Positions 12,481 through 29,834 are shown, numbered from the stretch's first letter. The stretch is DNA of 64,000 nucleotides from Chrysomallon squamiferum (GCA_012295275.1 CM022666.1:5208001-5272000); one strand, 5' to 3'. The notes: generated by a model not told the origin, from the letters alone. Translations and numbers: made by a program.

Positions 12481-12880
12481 TACAATGGAGGTACTTGTAC
12501 AATAGATGTTCTATGTACAATGTATGTTCTTGTACAATATATGTTCTATGTACAATGTATGTTCTTGTACACTGGATATTCTTTGTACAGTGGATGCTCT
12601 AGTACAGATGATATTCTATGTACAATATGTGTTCTTCTGCAGTAGATGTTCTGTATACAGTGCTTGTTCTACAGTCTATGTCCTGTGTAAAAAGATGATC
12701 TTGTTCAGATGTTCTATATACACTGTACATTGGATGGTCAAGTACAGTAGATGTTCAGTGTACAGTGAATGTTCTTGTATGGTAGATGTTCTGTACACAA
12801 TGGATGTTCTGCTGCAGAAGTTCTATGTACACAGATGTTTTTGTGCAGTTGATATCCTAAACATGTACATCTGTGGATGT
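12481..12880. repeat. 17/18-bp minisatellite (TACAATGGATGTTCT(A)TG)
   Basis: Alternating 17- and 18-nt units; further arrays at ~14995-15400, 17430-17600, 38765-39050, 55530-55660. Confidence 0.8.
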
Positions 12881-15800
12881 TGTAAATATAATTAATGTTA
12901 AATGATAATGAATACTCCATGCATAACGGCTTTTCTTTGTACAGTGGATATGTAATGTATGTACTACTGATGGTCTGTGTTCAGTAAATCTGTATAGTGA
13001 ATGTTCTACAAACAGTGAATGTGTTCTAGGATGTTCTGTGTAAAATGAGTGTGTACTGTATTCAGTGAATAAATATTTACATATTGTTTTTCTATATAAA
13101 CTGACTGATGAAAGTTAAATGTTCACTGATTGGTTTAAAATGAATAATACAAGTTAAGTGTTCTTTATACAGTATGTACTCATGCATTGAAAAGATAAGA
13201 GTATTAAATATTTATATATATGTTACATCTGAAATTTCATGGAAAATTTGCATAATAAATAATCGATTTAAGGCATTACTGTTTTATCAGAATAAGAATT
13301 TTGTTTTTAGAAGTGTTTCAGAATCGTAATTATTAGGATTATTAATTTTATTATAGCTATCATCATCATAATTATCATCAATTTTATTATCATCATAATC
13401 ATCATTAAGTTTATTACCACCATGATCTTCATCATCCATGTTTATATGTCCATGTCTATTAATACGTGAGTATTAGTGTAATCTTGTTGTGCATATATAT
13501 GCTGAAAACATGCTTGTTGTTGTTAATGTAATATCATGATTATTATTATTTTTACTATTATTGTTATTGCTGTTGTTATTATTTATAACTATTGTTATTG
13601 TAATTATTGTTGCTGATGAAATTTTTGGGCAGTTAATATTTTATTTCAATTTTATTTTTCATCCAGGTAGTCCAAACACTTTTTATCCCAAATGCTGTTG
13701 TCACTGTCGTTGTGTGTCTCTTTGTTATGGCGGTGTACACGTGTCAGAGGTCGTGCTAACCAAGCAAAGTTTTAACAGACTGGGTCTCCATTGTGATATG
13801 GTAAGTGTGACCTGTGAGTTTATTTATTTTTAAATACTTCTTTTTGAGTTGATTTCTTTTTTTAATCCATATGTAACTGGAAATGAAACAAAAGTTACAG
13901 AATGACGTAATTTGAACATCCAGGATACTGTATTATTCCAGTACAGTACATACCATGTAATTTATATATGAAGGTAGGGATACATTAATAAAGATGAATA
14001 GAGTACAGTACTTACCATGTAATTTATGTATCCAGGGATAGATAGAAAATGAAATAATTTAGCAAGTCATGACAGAGAGTTTTATCAAATATAAATTTAA
14101 AACTGTAAGTGCATTTGTCTTAGTTGTGTTTATGTGAGAACTCAGATTGTATTTGTTCATATTTGAATGTGTTCAATATTCTTAAAAACACTAAGAAAAG
14201 TAATATGTTTTCATATAATTGTTTAAATTTTAATTATCTGTTTTTAGAATTTACTTAATTTACTGGATCTACATAAGAAGGTAAACTATTTCTGTCTAAG
14301 ATGGTCTCTTGAATATTAATATTCTTTTAATTTCAGTTGTAAAGAATATTTTATTTGTTTGTATGTAATTATTATAGTTACTTTATTGTTATCATTATTA
14401 GTTAAACTAGTGATTTATTAAATTAATTAATGAATATTTTTTTGTACAGTTTCATTTAATTTACAGTTGTTATCATTTAATTACTTATCCTTATTAATTA
14501 TTAATGAATTAAATATATATATATATTTTTAAATTTCTTTCATATATATATATATATATATATATATCAACTAAACTTATTCCATGAAATTAATTCATTT
14601 TGTTTCACTTTCTCTCTTTTCATCTTTTAACAGATCTGGTTTTGTCAGGCTAAGAATAATTTTTAAAACCAGCGAGGATCAGACAATGAAAGATACATGA
14701 AAAGAAATAAATTAAAAAACTTTAAAATATTACATTCTCATAATTAATAACAAAGGTTGTCATGGTCATCATCCTACATCATCATTTTCACTGTCAACAT
14801 TATTATTCAAAATTTTACTGTCAAGATCCTCATTCAAAAATACAGTGTCAACCTCATCGTTCATAATTTTATTGTCTACGTCATCATCCAGAATTTTATT
14901 AAGAAAATACTCACTGAGAGTCCTCATCGTTCACAAAAGATGGACTCTTCTTCAGGTTTTATTTACTATTATTTTAGGTTTTACTCACATTGTGCAATGG
15001 ATATTATTGAACAATAGATGTTCTATTTACAATGGATGTTCTTGTACAATAGATGTTCTATGTACAATGGATGCGCTTGCACACTGGATATTCTTTGTAC
15101 AATGGATGCTCTAGTACAGTTAATATTATATGTACAATATATGTTCTTCTGCAGTGGATGTCCTGTATACAGTGGTTGTTCTACAGTCTATGTCCTGTGT
15201 AAAAAGATGATCTTGTACAGATTGTCTGTATACACTGTACAGTGGATGGTCAAGTACAGTAGATGTTCAGTGTACAGTGAATATTCTTCTATGGTAGATA
15301 TTCTGTACAAAATGGATGTTCTGCTGTAGATTTTCTATGTACAAAGATGGATTTGAACAGTTGATGTGCTAAACATGTACATCTGTGGATGCTGTAAATA
15401 TAATTAATGTTAAATGATAAAGAATACTCCATGCATAATGGCTTTTCTTTGTACAGTGAATATGTAATGTATGTACTACTGATGGTCTGTGTTCAGTAAA
15501 TCTGTACAGTGGATGTTGTACAAACAGTGAATGTTCTATGTAAAATGAGTGTGTGCTGTATTCAGTGAATAAATATTTACATATTGTTTTTCTATATAAA
15601 CTGACTGATGAAAGTTAAATGTTCACTGATTGGTTTAAAATGAATAATACAAGTTAAGTGTTCTTTATACAGTATGTACTCATGCATTGAAAAGATAAGA
15701 GTATTAAAGATTTATATATATGTTACATCTGAAATTTCATGGAAAATTTGCATAATAAATAATCGATTTAAGGCATTACTGTTTTATCAGAATAAGAATT

Positions 15801-17204
15801 TTGTTTTTAGAAGTATTTCAGAATCGTAATTATTAGGATTATTAATTTTATTATAACTATCATCATTATAATTATCATCAATTTTATTATCATCATAATC
15901 ATCATTAAATTTGTTACCACCATGATCTTCATCATCCATGTTTATATGTCCATGTCTATTAATACGTGAGTATTAGTGTAATCTTGTTGTGCATATATAT
16001 GCTGAAAACAGGCTTGTTGTTGTTAATGTAATATCATGATTATTATTATTTTTACTATTATTGTTATTGCTGTTGTTATTATTTATAACTATTGTTATTG
16101 TAATTATTGTTGCTGATGAAATTTTTGGGCAGTTAATATTTTATTTCAATTTTATTTTTCATCCAGGTAGTCCAAACACTTTTTATCCCAAATGCTGTTG
16201 TCACTGTAGTTGTGTGTCTCTTTGTTATGGCGGTGTACACGTGTCAGAGGTCGTGCTAACCAAGCAAAGTTTTAACAGACTGGGTCTCCATTATGATATG
16301 GTAAGTGTGACCTGTGAGTTTATTTATTTTTAAATACTTCTTTTTTAGTTGATTTCTTTTTTTAATCCATATGTAACTGGACATGAAACAAAAGTTACAG
16401 AATGACGTATTTTGAACATCCAGGATACAGTATTATTCCAGTACAGTACATACCATGTAATTTATATATCCAGGTAGGAATACATTATTAAAGACTAATA
16501 GAGTACAGTACTTATCATGTAATTTATATATCCGGGGATAGATAGAAAATGAAAGACAAAGAGTTTTATCAAGTATAATTTTAAAACTGTAAGTGCATTT
16601 GTCTTAGTTGTGTTATGTGAGAACTCAGATTATATTTGTACATAACTGAGTGTGTTCAATATTCTTAAAAACACTAAGAAAAGTAATATGTTTTCTTATA
16701 TTTGTTTAAATTTTAATTATCTGTTTTTATAATTTAGTTAATTTACTGGATCTACAGAAGAAGGTAAATTATTTCTGTCTAAGATGGTCTCTTGAATATT
16801 AATATTCTTTTAATTTCAGTTGTAAAGAATATTTTATTTGTTAGTATATGATCATTATAGTACCTTATTGTTATCATTATTAGTTAAACTATTGATTTAT
16901 TAAATTATTAATGAATATTTTTTGTGTATAGTTTTATTTAATTTATAGCTGTTATTATTTAATTACTTATCCTTATTAATTGTTAATGAATCAATTATAC
17001 ATATATATTTTATTTCTTTCATATATATATATGAACTAAACTTATTCCATGAAATTAATTCTTATTTTTTTTTACTTTCTCTCTTTTCATCTTTTAACAG
17101 ATCTGGTTTTGTCAATGAAAGATACATAAAATTAAATTAATTAAAAAACTTTAAAATATTACATTCTCATAAGTAAGAACAAAGGTTGTCATGGCCATCA
17201 TCCC

Positions 17205-17340
17205 ACATCATGATTCAGATTTTCACTGTCAACATCATTATTCAGATTTTTACTGTCAAGATCCTCATTCAGAAATTCAGTGTCAACCTCATCGTTGATA
17301 ATTTTATTATCTACATCATCATCCAGAATTTTATTAACAA
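17205..17340. repeat. Degenerate 27-bp tandem repeat (CATCATCATTCAGATTTTCACTGTCAA)
   Basis: About five units here; variable unit number in copies at ~12312-12392, 14775-14905, 38568-38675. Confidence 0.7.
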
Positions 17341-18789
17341 AATAATCACTGACATTCCTCATCGTTCACAAAAGATGGACTCTGCTTCATGTTTTATTTA
17401 CTATTATTTTAGGTTTTACTCACATTATGCAATGGATGCTCAAGTACAGTAGATGTTCAGTGTTCAGTGAATGTTCTTGTATGGTAGATGTTCTGTACAC
17501 AATGGATGTTCTGCTGTAGATGTTCTATGTACAAAGATTTTTTTGTACAGTTGATGTTCTAAACATCTACATCTGTGGATGCTGTAAATATAATTAATGT
17601 TAAATGATAATGAATACTCCATGCATAGTGGCTTTTCTTTGTACAGTGAATATGTAATATATGTACTGTTGATGGTCTGTGTTCTGTAAATCTGTACAGT
17701 GGATGTTCTACAAACAGTGAATGTGTTCTAGGGATGTTCTATGTAAAATGAATGTGTGCTATATGCAGTGAATAAATATTTACATACTGATTTTCTATAT
17801 AAACTGACTGATGAAAGTTAAATGTTCACTGATTGGTTTAAAATGAATAATACAAGTTAAGTGTTCTTTATACAGTATGTACTGATGCATTGAAATGATA
17901 ATAGTAATAAATATTTATATATATATATATATATATGTGTTACATCTGAAATTTCATGTAAAATTCGCATAATAAATAATCGATTTAAGGCATTTTGTTT
18001 TATCAGAATAAGAATTTTTAGAAGTATTTCAGAATCGTAAATATTAGGATTATTAACTTTATTATCACTATCATCAGCATCATTATTAATTTGTATTGTC
18101 ACTTTCATCATCATCATTAACAATTGTATTATCATCATAAACATCATTAAGTTTATTATCGCTATGACCTTCATCATTATTACTATTTTATCTACTATTA
18201 CTATATAATTATCATTATAAGGATTATTCTTACTACTGGTAGTACTATTTATATTAGTGATGCTGTTGCTGGTGCTACTACTATTAAATGTATCATCATC
18301 ATCATCATCATTATTACTGTTAGCTGTTATCATTGTTATTAAATAAAGACTACAGTGATACCTCTGGTCACCTGTTTATAATTTGTATTTACTTTAAAAG
18401 TAGTAAAATTGTCTTGTTGTGCATTTGTCATTTTCTTCTTATTTTTTCTTTGTTTATTTCTTTTTTGTTGTTGTTGTAGTAACAAGTAAAATTAATGAGA
18501 TCATTTTTCAACTCACTTTTCACTTGTACACCAGTCAGTGACATGATTTAAATTATATTTTATAAAGCAAAATTGTTATGCTTTGTAAAATATTGCTTTT
18601 ATATAACCAGGTACATATCACATACTTATATAGATACACCAACATACGTGCATATTGACACACATGTATCATGTTTACGTTTTAGTAGTTAAGCAGTCGT
18701 ACTTGACACCAACGACAACAATGGTAGGTCACTGGAAAACCTTTTAAAATGCCAGGTGCTTTATCTTTAAAAATAGATCTACCGAGTGG

Positions 18790-21930
<3,141 letters not shown>

Positions 21931-23759
21931 GATGAATTGAGCGAACATCTGCTATAAACTTTATTTATTTATTTATTTATTTAACTATTTAATTATTTGT
22001 TTATTTGTTTCTTTATTTTTATTTGTTTATTTTACTGTATTTGTTTTATTTCATTTCATTTTTTTTTTTTTTTTTTTTTTTTTTGTTAATTAATTTATTT
22101 ATTTCACTTTACTTTTTATTTGTTTATTTTACTGTATTTGTTTTATTTCATTTCATTTTATTATTATTTTTTGTTAATTAATTTATTTATTTCACTTTAC
22201 TTTTTATCACTTTTTATTTATTTTACGGTATTTTACTTTATTTCTTTATTTAACTTAAACAATTAATATTTCATATTTTTTTGTGTTTTTTTTTTAATTT
22301 TTCTATATTTTTCGTTTTACAAAATAAAAGCATATTATTTTGAAAATGAACCCACCTAGAAAGACATGAAAAAAAAAAAAAAAGCCTATCGTGTTCATTT
22401 TGATTTTCATAAACAGTAATAACAACAACAACAACAAATTTATTTTGTTAATAATAATGATTCATATCATAAATCCGTATATTAGATAATTCTACATGAC
22501 GTAAGATCCATTTATAGCCCAGTTGAGGAATAAGTTTGAATATTTATTGCAGTCATCTGAAATGTTTGATTTGGAGAAAAAAACAAAGCCGTACAGTAAT
22601 AATGGTAGCTGACTTATTCAAAAATCCTGGTACATTATCTTTCAAAGAAACCTATTAGTGTTTATAAAAGTTATTTTAAATAATATGTATGTGTGTGTGT
22701 CTGGGTATGCCCATGTGTTCAAGATATTCACTGATTTCAGTGTGGGTGTGTGTACCTAACGTTTGATTGCATCAGATATCTTATTTTTCATCTGCTTGAA
22801 TTATCTGTTCACTGTTATCTCTAGTCCATATTAGCATTTCAGTGGTGACACGATTTAAATATAAATGAAGACAAATCCGTGAAATTTTTTCTGTCACGGA
22901 ATAATCAATTTTTATAACTGAGAGACCTTGGATCTTTTTAGATATATACTTTTTGAATAGCTGGGTGTATCAGGACATTTGAAATTAGATAATGTTGATG
23001 TTCAGGATTAAATTTTTATAATTTGTTTAGGGTCAGACATACTGTTGAATAGTGACTAGTTAATAGTCAGATGTTACGTTTTCCTTTCTTTATTTCTATT
23101 CATTGATATATATCATTGATGAAACTTTGATATTTGTTGTTATTTTTTAATGTTTTTTTTTTCCATGAAATAATATTTTGAATAATGTCATACAACAGTT
23201 AAGTGCGAATATTAACTAAATATAGGTAATAGTATGTATTGTGTATAAATTTTTTTGACTTTGTAGATGTACCACAATTCACGTTTACCTAAATTAATTA
23301 TTTTTACACAAAATTGAATAAGTTCTTTACATATTAACATTTTTTTATGGTACTAAACTTCCACTTTGCCACGTTTCATTGACTAAACTGCGCATGTCAG
23401 TGTCTGTTCTAGACCAGAATAGCACCCTATTTGTTTGACTTAACTCTTTTTAATAGACTGACCATGTATAAAATAACTTTTTACATCAGATAAGAGTTTA
23501 CCCTCATTCTTTTACACATATGTTAATCATGACTAGAATTCCACTCACATTATAGTACTATTATATATAGGTCAGTGTGACTTACAGAACACGTGAACAG
23601 AAGTCACGCTGTAGTTCAGGGGTACGCGAGGAATTTAGTCCAGTCTGTCAACTGAAAACTTCGACACCAGTTATTACATTAACTTTCTTTTTTCTTTAAA
23701 TCTCCAGATCAAAGCAACCTTGCTTCCTAGCATCCCTTTTTGATGCTCAGTATAGAAAT

Positions 23760-23841
<82 letters not shown>

Positions 23842-24355
23842 TGTGTGTTTTTCTTTTTAGAAGCATTCCAGAATCATAAATATTATGGTTATTAATTTTA
23901 TTTTAACTATTATCATCATCATCATTATTAATTTGAAATAGTGTGTACCTGAACTCTGAACGTTAATATTAATAATAACAAGAACTACAACGGTAACAAC
24001 CAGCAATAAATGCACGTAGTTTATTTATGAACATTATGCAACTTTTAAATATTAATTTTGTAAGGCATGTCATCCTCTCGATAAAATTTTATTTTCTCAT
24101 AGCCAATCAAAATGTGATTTGAAGGACAACGCGTCATCGGAAAAAAACCAGTTTATGGGAAACTTAATTTTCTGTTTGTTTTCAATTCAATATTATTATC
24201 TTCTAAAGTGCAGCTGTCTCTAACACATAATATAAATATCATTTCATTAACGAAAAGGAAGTAAAAGGCAATATATATTTCTGAAAGATCTGTCATTATT
24301 TTCCTATAGTCTTATTGTAACTGTTTGAAAAAAGATCCTGTTGTTTGTGTCGTAT

Positions 24356-24413
<58 letters not shown>

Positions 24414-24635
24414 TTTATTTCTTTTACTACGGTTTTTAGATATCATTACTGTTGTTGTGAACACATTAATATAGTTACTTTTACCATTTTACACAATTAT
24501 CAGAATCAACATATCATCATCGTAATTACTAATTGTACTACTACTACTATTATTATTATATATATATATTATTATTAATATAATATTAATATTAATATTA
24601 TTATTATTAATATAATTATTATTATTATTAATATA

Positions 24636-24676
<41 letters not shown>

Positions 24677-24695
24677 TTAATGTTATAATAACTAC

Positions 24696-25337
24696 CTGGA
24701 TTAACTAAAACACAGATTATCGCTCCTAATCCAGCAGCCAACGCGTTGGTACAGTTGATGAAGATGAAAGCAGTGAGGCTGATTTTACCGTTAGACTTTG
24801 GTTCTAGCGATGAAGTCCCTTAAACGTATAAAATATATTCTTTAATTACTGAGCTAATTAGTAAGAGACATAGAGAGAACCAGTTAAACAGTATGTATGT
24901 ATATTTGTGTTTATATTACGAGAGATGGTACCTGTGTACGTGTTTTTGTATAAGTTTAATTCAAATCTGCACTGTCCCTCTCTCTCGCGTTCTTTCTGTC
25001 TCTCTCTCTCTCTCTGTCAATCTCTCTCTCTCTTTCTGTCTCTCTCTCTCTCTGTCTCTCTTTCTCTCCCTCTGTCAGTCTCTCTCTGTCAATCTCTCTC
25101 TCTTTCTGTCTCTCTGTCTCTCTTTCTCTCTCTCTGTCTCTCTTTCTCTCTGTCAATCTCTCTCTCGCTCGCTTTTTCTCTCTCAGTCTGCCTCTCTCTG
25201 TCTCTGTCTGTCTCTCTCTCTGTCTGTCTCTGAGTCTCTCTCTGTTTACTCAATGCAATCACCTGATATCAGACTGAATATGACAAGAGGAAGAACCATC
25301 AAGCGAAGAACTCTCAGAAACAATTCTCCTGGCATTC
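24696..25337 (-). CDS. SLC1/EAAT-family (dicarboxylate/amino acid:cation symporter) internal exons 25337-25263 and 24818-24696
   Basis: 75-nt and 123-nt phase-1 exons with AG/GT ends read GMPGELFLRVLRLMVLPLVIFSLIS-GTSSLEPKSNGKISLTAFIFINCTNALAAGLGAIICVLVNPG. This matches the SLC1 TM2-TM3 signature (FPGELxxRxLxMxxLPLIxxSL...LxxxxSG...IxPG). No other exons of the gene were found in the window. Confidence 0.85.
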
Positions 25338-25422
25338 CTGTTAAAATAAAAAATAAAAATATCGTATTTCATTTCATTAGATATTAACAGGCACATACAC
25401 AGCATGCAGGCATACATACATT

Positions 25423-25498
<76 letters not shown>

Positions 25499-25617
25499 CT
25501 CTCTCTGTGTATGTGTGTGTGTTATTTCTTGGTTTTATTTATTATTTTACATTTATTTTTTGAAAGAATGTTATTTATGTGTACGCTTTTTTATCTTGGT
25601 ATTATTGTTTGACACAG

Positions 25618-25964
25618 ACTGTCTAGTAAAATGAAATCAGATAGTTCAGTTATTGTCATTTCTCTTATGGTACTAAATTTGATACTCATCAGTCTCACTA
25701 AAATATTAAATGCAAAAAAAAAAAAAAAAAGTTTAATGTACAATTGGTTAAATTCGATATAAAATTTTAAAAAGTTGAGTTCATTACGAATTAAATTGAG
25801 AAAGAAGATCCATATAATAATATAATATTATGAAAAGGAGAAATGTATTGGGCTCTAAAATATATATATCAATTTATAATTAATTTAATATGGACGAAAT
25901 TAAAATGGTTATTAATATTCTTTTCAGAAACTGTTTGAAAATCATACAAAAGCAGAGAAAAGTG
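25618..25964 (+). pseudogene. Truncated third TNF-like copy (exon 1 fragment and exon 2)
   Basis: ATG 25631 reads MKSDSSVIVISLMVLNLILISL (cf. VLVISLMVLNLILISV). 37-nt exon 25928-25964 KLFENHTKAEKS (cf. KLNESETKAEKR) with GC in place of GT; intron homology; Cys domain and THD absent. Confidence 0.75.
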
Positions 25965-26108
25965 GCAAGTTAGCACAGACATATACAAAAGCAAATCATA
26001 AACTTACACACACAGACACACAAACACACAAAAAGACACTCACACAAAAACACATAGCCACTCATATTTATGTATGCACAAACTTTTTCATAATTAAGTA
26101 TTTGTATG

Positions 26109-26330
26109 AAGGGCCGGATTTCCCATACAGGCTTTCTAGACTCGTGCCTAGGACGGCAGTTTATGTTACATAAATTAGAATTTCACATTTGATTTATTAA
26201 TAATTCATTATGTAAATGTAAAGCCATGTTTTTGCTTTCAACTAGATCATAAGTTATAACCCATTCATATTATATAAACTAAGTGGGAAGGGTGAGGGGG
26301 ACTTGAGCCTTGAGGAGGGGGCGAACCCTG
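26109..26330. mobile_element. Non-autonomous hAT (Tip100-like) MITE, 222 bp
   Basis: Perfect 8-bp TSD TTTGTATG at 26101-26108 and 26331-26338; ends AAGGGCCGG...CGAACCCTG form an imperfect CAGGG-type TIR. Confidence 0.7.
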
Positions 26331-28666
26331 TTTGTATGTGTGTACGAGTCTCTGCGTGTATATAACAGTATGTGTGCGCGTATGTGTGTGTGTAACAGTA
26401 TGTGACTTATTTGTATTGTTTTGTATTTTTTGTTTATTATTGTTAATTATTTTTTTATTTTGTTGTGGGTTTTTTTATGTGTTTTGGTTTCCATCTGAAC
26501 TCTGCACTGAATAAGGTCATGCAGTAGTTAACTGCGAGTTCTAACTCAGTATCTGTAACAGTATGAACGCGTGTGTAAAATGACTTTGTAGATGTTCCAC
26601 AACGCACGTTTACCTAACTTAATTTTGTTTTTACGCAGTAAGTTGAATAACCTTACCTATTAGGATTTCCCACCCGTTTACTTCCATTTGAGCGCGTCAT
26701 TGAACTGCGCATGTCAGTGTCTGGTGTAGGTCACAGCATAAAATCACGACAAAACCACCCAAATAGTATCATATTTCGCGTGCTCTAAGTCTTGTTAATA
26801 TGAGTACGCACGGACTCATGAAAACTAAACTTACATCAGATAACAGTTCCTTCTCTACTGGTACACAGACCTTGACACACTAATTGCTTACTGGAAATCC
26901 CGGCACGTGATAGTACTATTATATATCGGTCTTACCGAACACCTGAACAGAAGTAACGCTGTAGTCCAGGGCTCGGCGAGGACTTTAGTCCAGCTGTCAA
27001 CTGAACACTTTAAGACCAAAGATTATTATGCATTGAAATGATCAGAGTAATAAATGTTTATATATGCTTTACATTTAAAATTATATAATCTGTAAAAAAG
27101 AAAACATCGTTAAAGCGGAATATTTTGTTTTCATTATATATTTATAAGGTGAATAAGTTTATCGATGAACTGAGCGAACATCTGCTATAAACTTTATTTA
27201 TTTATTTATTGATTTATTTATTGAGTTATTTAATTATTTAATTATTTGTTTGTTTTTTACTTTTATTTGTCTATTTTACTGTGTTTTATTTCATTTCATT
27301 TTATTTATTTTCTCTTAATTAATTAATTTATTTCACTTTACTTTTCATAACTTTTTATTTATTTTACGGTATTTTATTTTACTTATTTACTTATTTATTT
27401 ATTTAACTAAACGGTTAAAATTTCATAATTCTTTGTGTTTTAAACCGAATGTTAATTTTTCTTTATTTTTCGTTTTGTAAAATAAAAGATGTTGCCTCGC
27501 TAATGAAAAATAAGAAAATAAAAAGGTATCGGTGTTCAATTTTATTTTCACCAACACTAACAACAACAACAACAACAAATTTATTTGTCTATAATAATAA
27601 TAATGTATTCAAACTTTGTCAATCCGTCTATTAGTAATTCGGTGACATAACATCTATTTATAGCCCAATTCCCGAATAAAACGTGGATTTATTAAACATC
27701 TGAAATCTTCTTCGAAGGAAAAAACAAGTCAACAACATAGTGTTAATATGCTGTTATTCAAAATGCTGGCAACTGTTCAAAGAATGCTATATTACAGTGT
27801 CAAAAATATTTTAAATAATATTGATGTGTGTGTGTATGTGAATTTAACAAATTTAATTGAAGAAAATGTATAATCTCTATTTATACCTAATTAGCAACTA
27901 ACTAGCAACAACAACAGCAATAATAAGAAATAAACGAATAAATAAATAAATAATAATAATAATAGTAATAATAATAACAACAACAACAATAATAATTAAT
28001 TATAATAACGGTTATTATGATGGTTTTAAGAGTAAGGTGGTGAATCTAAGCTGCTCAACTTCAACAGAATAGAGTTGAGATAATAATAAACATTTTTATT
28101 TAATTTAACATTGTTTAAATTGATAAAATGTAATGTATGTGTATGTGTATATACAGTGTCACTGACTTTCAGGTAGTCAGTAGCTCTAATGTAGGAAGCA
28201 ACAAAACTTTCTTTGTATCTTCGTACTAAAGAATAATATGCTAAAATTATCTGTGAGTATTCAAAGCCTGAGAAACATGAAAGAAATCCCTTCACTGGTA
28301 ATATCTATTAAACAAAAGTATGAACACATGCAAAATCTAATAAGAAATCATGAGGAATTGTTCCACAGTTCTTAACTAACCAACAAAAACAACAAATGTA
28401 CTTTTATGAAAAAGTGGCTCATGTTATTTGTCAACGTGTACCCGACCTTGCAGCTTGATTTGATAAAAAAAAATTCCACTGTGTGATACACAGACTACAT
28501 CTTTTCCTTTTGTTGTTTATGGCTTAGTTGACAAAGGAATAGAATCTACGCTGTACTCTTTATTTAACAATAACGACAAAAGCAATCGTAATAATAATAA
28601 CGTAACAACAACAACAACAACTACTGTTAGTAATACGCTTGACTGATATCTACATACAGCTCGGGT

Positions 28667-28832
28667 GGAAAGCCCAGTTCCCGAAGAAAATTATTTTTCT
28701 CTGAAAGGAGGTAGACGACGTCATACGACCTTTTCAAAGTAGCGGGTATAAAAATCAACGAAGCCTGTCATAGAGCGTTTCTGTCGTAGACGTGCTTCAC
28801 TCCATTGTGAACACAGAGGCAGCCTAATTTAG
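28667..28832 (+). promoter_or_regulatory. Putative promoter and non-coding first exon of TNF-like gene 2
   Basis: GGAAAGCCC 28667-28675, TTCTCTGAA 28697-28705, CGACGTCA 28716-28723, TATAAAA 28747-28753, consensus donor AG|GTAAGT at 28832/28833. Confidence 0.55.
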
Positions 28833-29373
28833 GTAAGTACATGTTTTACTTATTTCATAGGTTATATATATTTATATAAAATTATAATTTCACTTATTTC
28901 ATAGGTTATATATATTTATATAAAATAATAAATTCACTTTGCTGTTTAGGATTTTTCCACGCCCAAATTTCACTTGTTTAATATTAAATGATATTACATC
29001 AACTTGAAAAAACAAAACATCGCGGTAAGGTGGATAAGTATCTAGCACATGCGTTGGCAGGTAAGAATAATAACAGCCACAGAAAATACAGCACTCATTT
29101 ATTTGTCTGGTATCTCGAAAATGTGCAAAATACACGTGCAAGTCGTGCCACTGGCAGTTTCATGTAGCAGGTCTGTGGTTATAAAGCAGGAAAACTGAGA
29201 CATCATATTCACGTTGCGATCTATAAACAATAACGTTCACTGTAGTTTGAATTTCTGTCATTGAGAGGAAACCAGCCCTGGACGTGATCTTTCGAGGATG
29301 ATACAATATGACATACTGGATTTCAGTGGTTTACAAGGCATTCACTGAAAACTGATAAATGAAGCCTGGCATT

Positions 29374-29468
<95 letters not shown>

Positions 29469-29834
29469 TTTGTTGTTTTTTGACCTCACACAGGAACATT
29501 ATCGATGTAATTATATCTTGGTATTATTTATTTTAATTTATTTTTTCTTTGAAAGAATGTTATATAGAACTATATGTACGTGTGTGTACTGTGTGTGAAT
29601 TTGTCTTGGTAATAGTTATTATTTTATTTATTTATTTAACCATTCTTAAAAAGGTTTTTATTTACACAAGTTAATTTTTGTTTGTTTGTTTGTTTGCTGG
29701 AATAATGTTATATATAAGTGTATATAGTGTATGTGCGTATTTATCTTGATATTATTTATTACTACTAACAATTTTTTTTTTTTTGGTCATGTTTTACAGA
29801 TTACTTCTAAAGGAAATAAAAGTTGTTACACAAA

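Larger units (their letters stand above)
12000..18000 (+). repeat. ~2.5-kb tandem triplication carrying gene B relic exons
   Basis: Terminal exon recurs at 12183, 14634 and 17101. Near-identical ORFs at 13561 and 16061 are offset by exactly 2500. Frameshifted 134-nt exon copies at 13667-13800 and 16167-16300. Confidence 0.85.

Noticed and set aside
12506-12895. Cys/Tyr-rich ORFs (also 15018-15329)
   Set aside because: Translations of the 17/18-bp minisatellite.
13561-13833. Cys-cluster peptide 'PKCCCHCxC' suggesting a toxin or metallothionein-like gene
   Set aside because: Off-frame reading of the gene B 135-nt exon plus intron; the splice-compatible frame is VVQT...VVVCLLVYG.
17857-18333. 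158-aa Asn/Ile/Asp-rich minus ORF with copies at 39325 and 56014
   Set aside because: Degenerate trinucleotide tract; recurrence is explained by segmental duplication and no domain is recognisable.
23690-23760. Possible next SLC1 exon on the minus strand
   Set aside because: Poor acceptor; reads ASKRDARKQGCFDLEI* with a stop and no SLC1 'DLIRN' motif.
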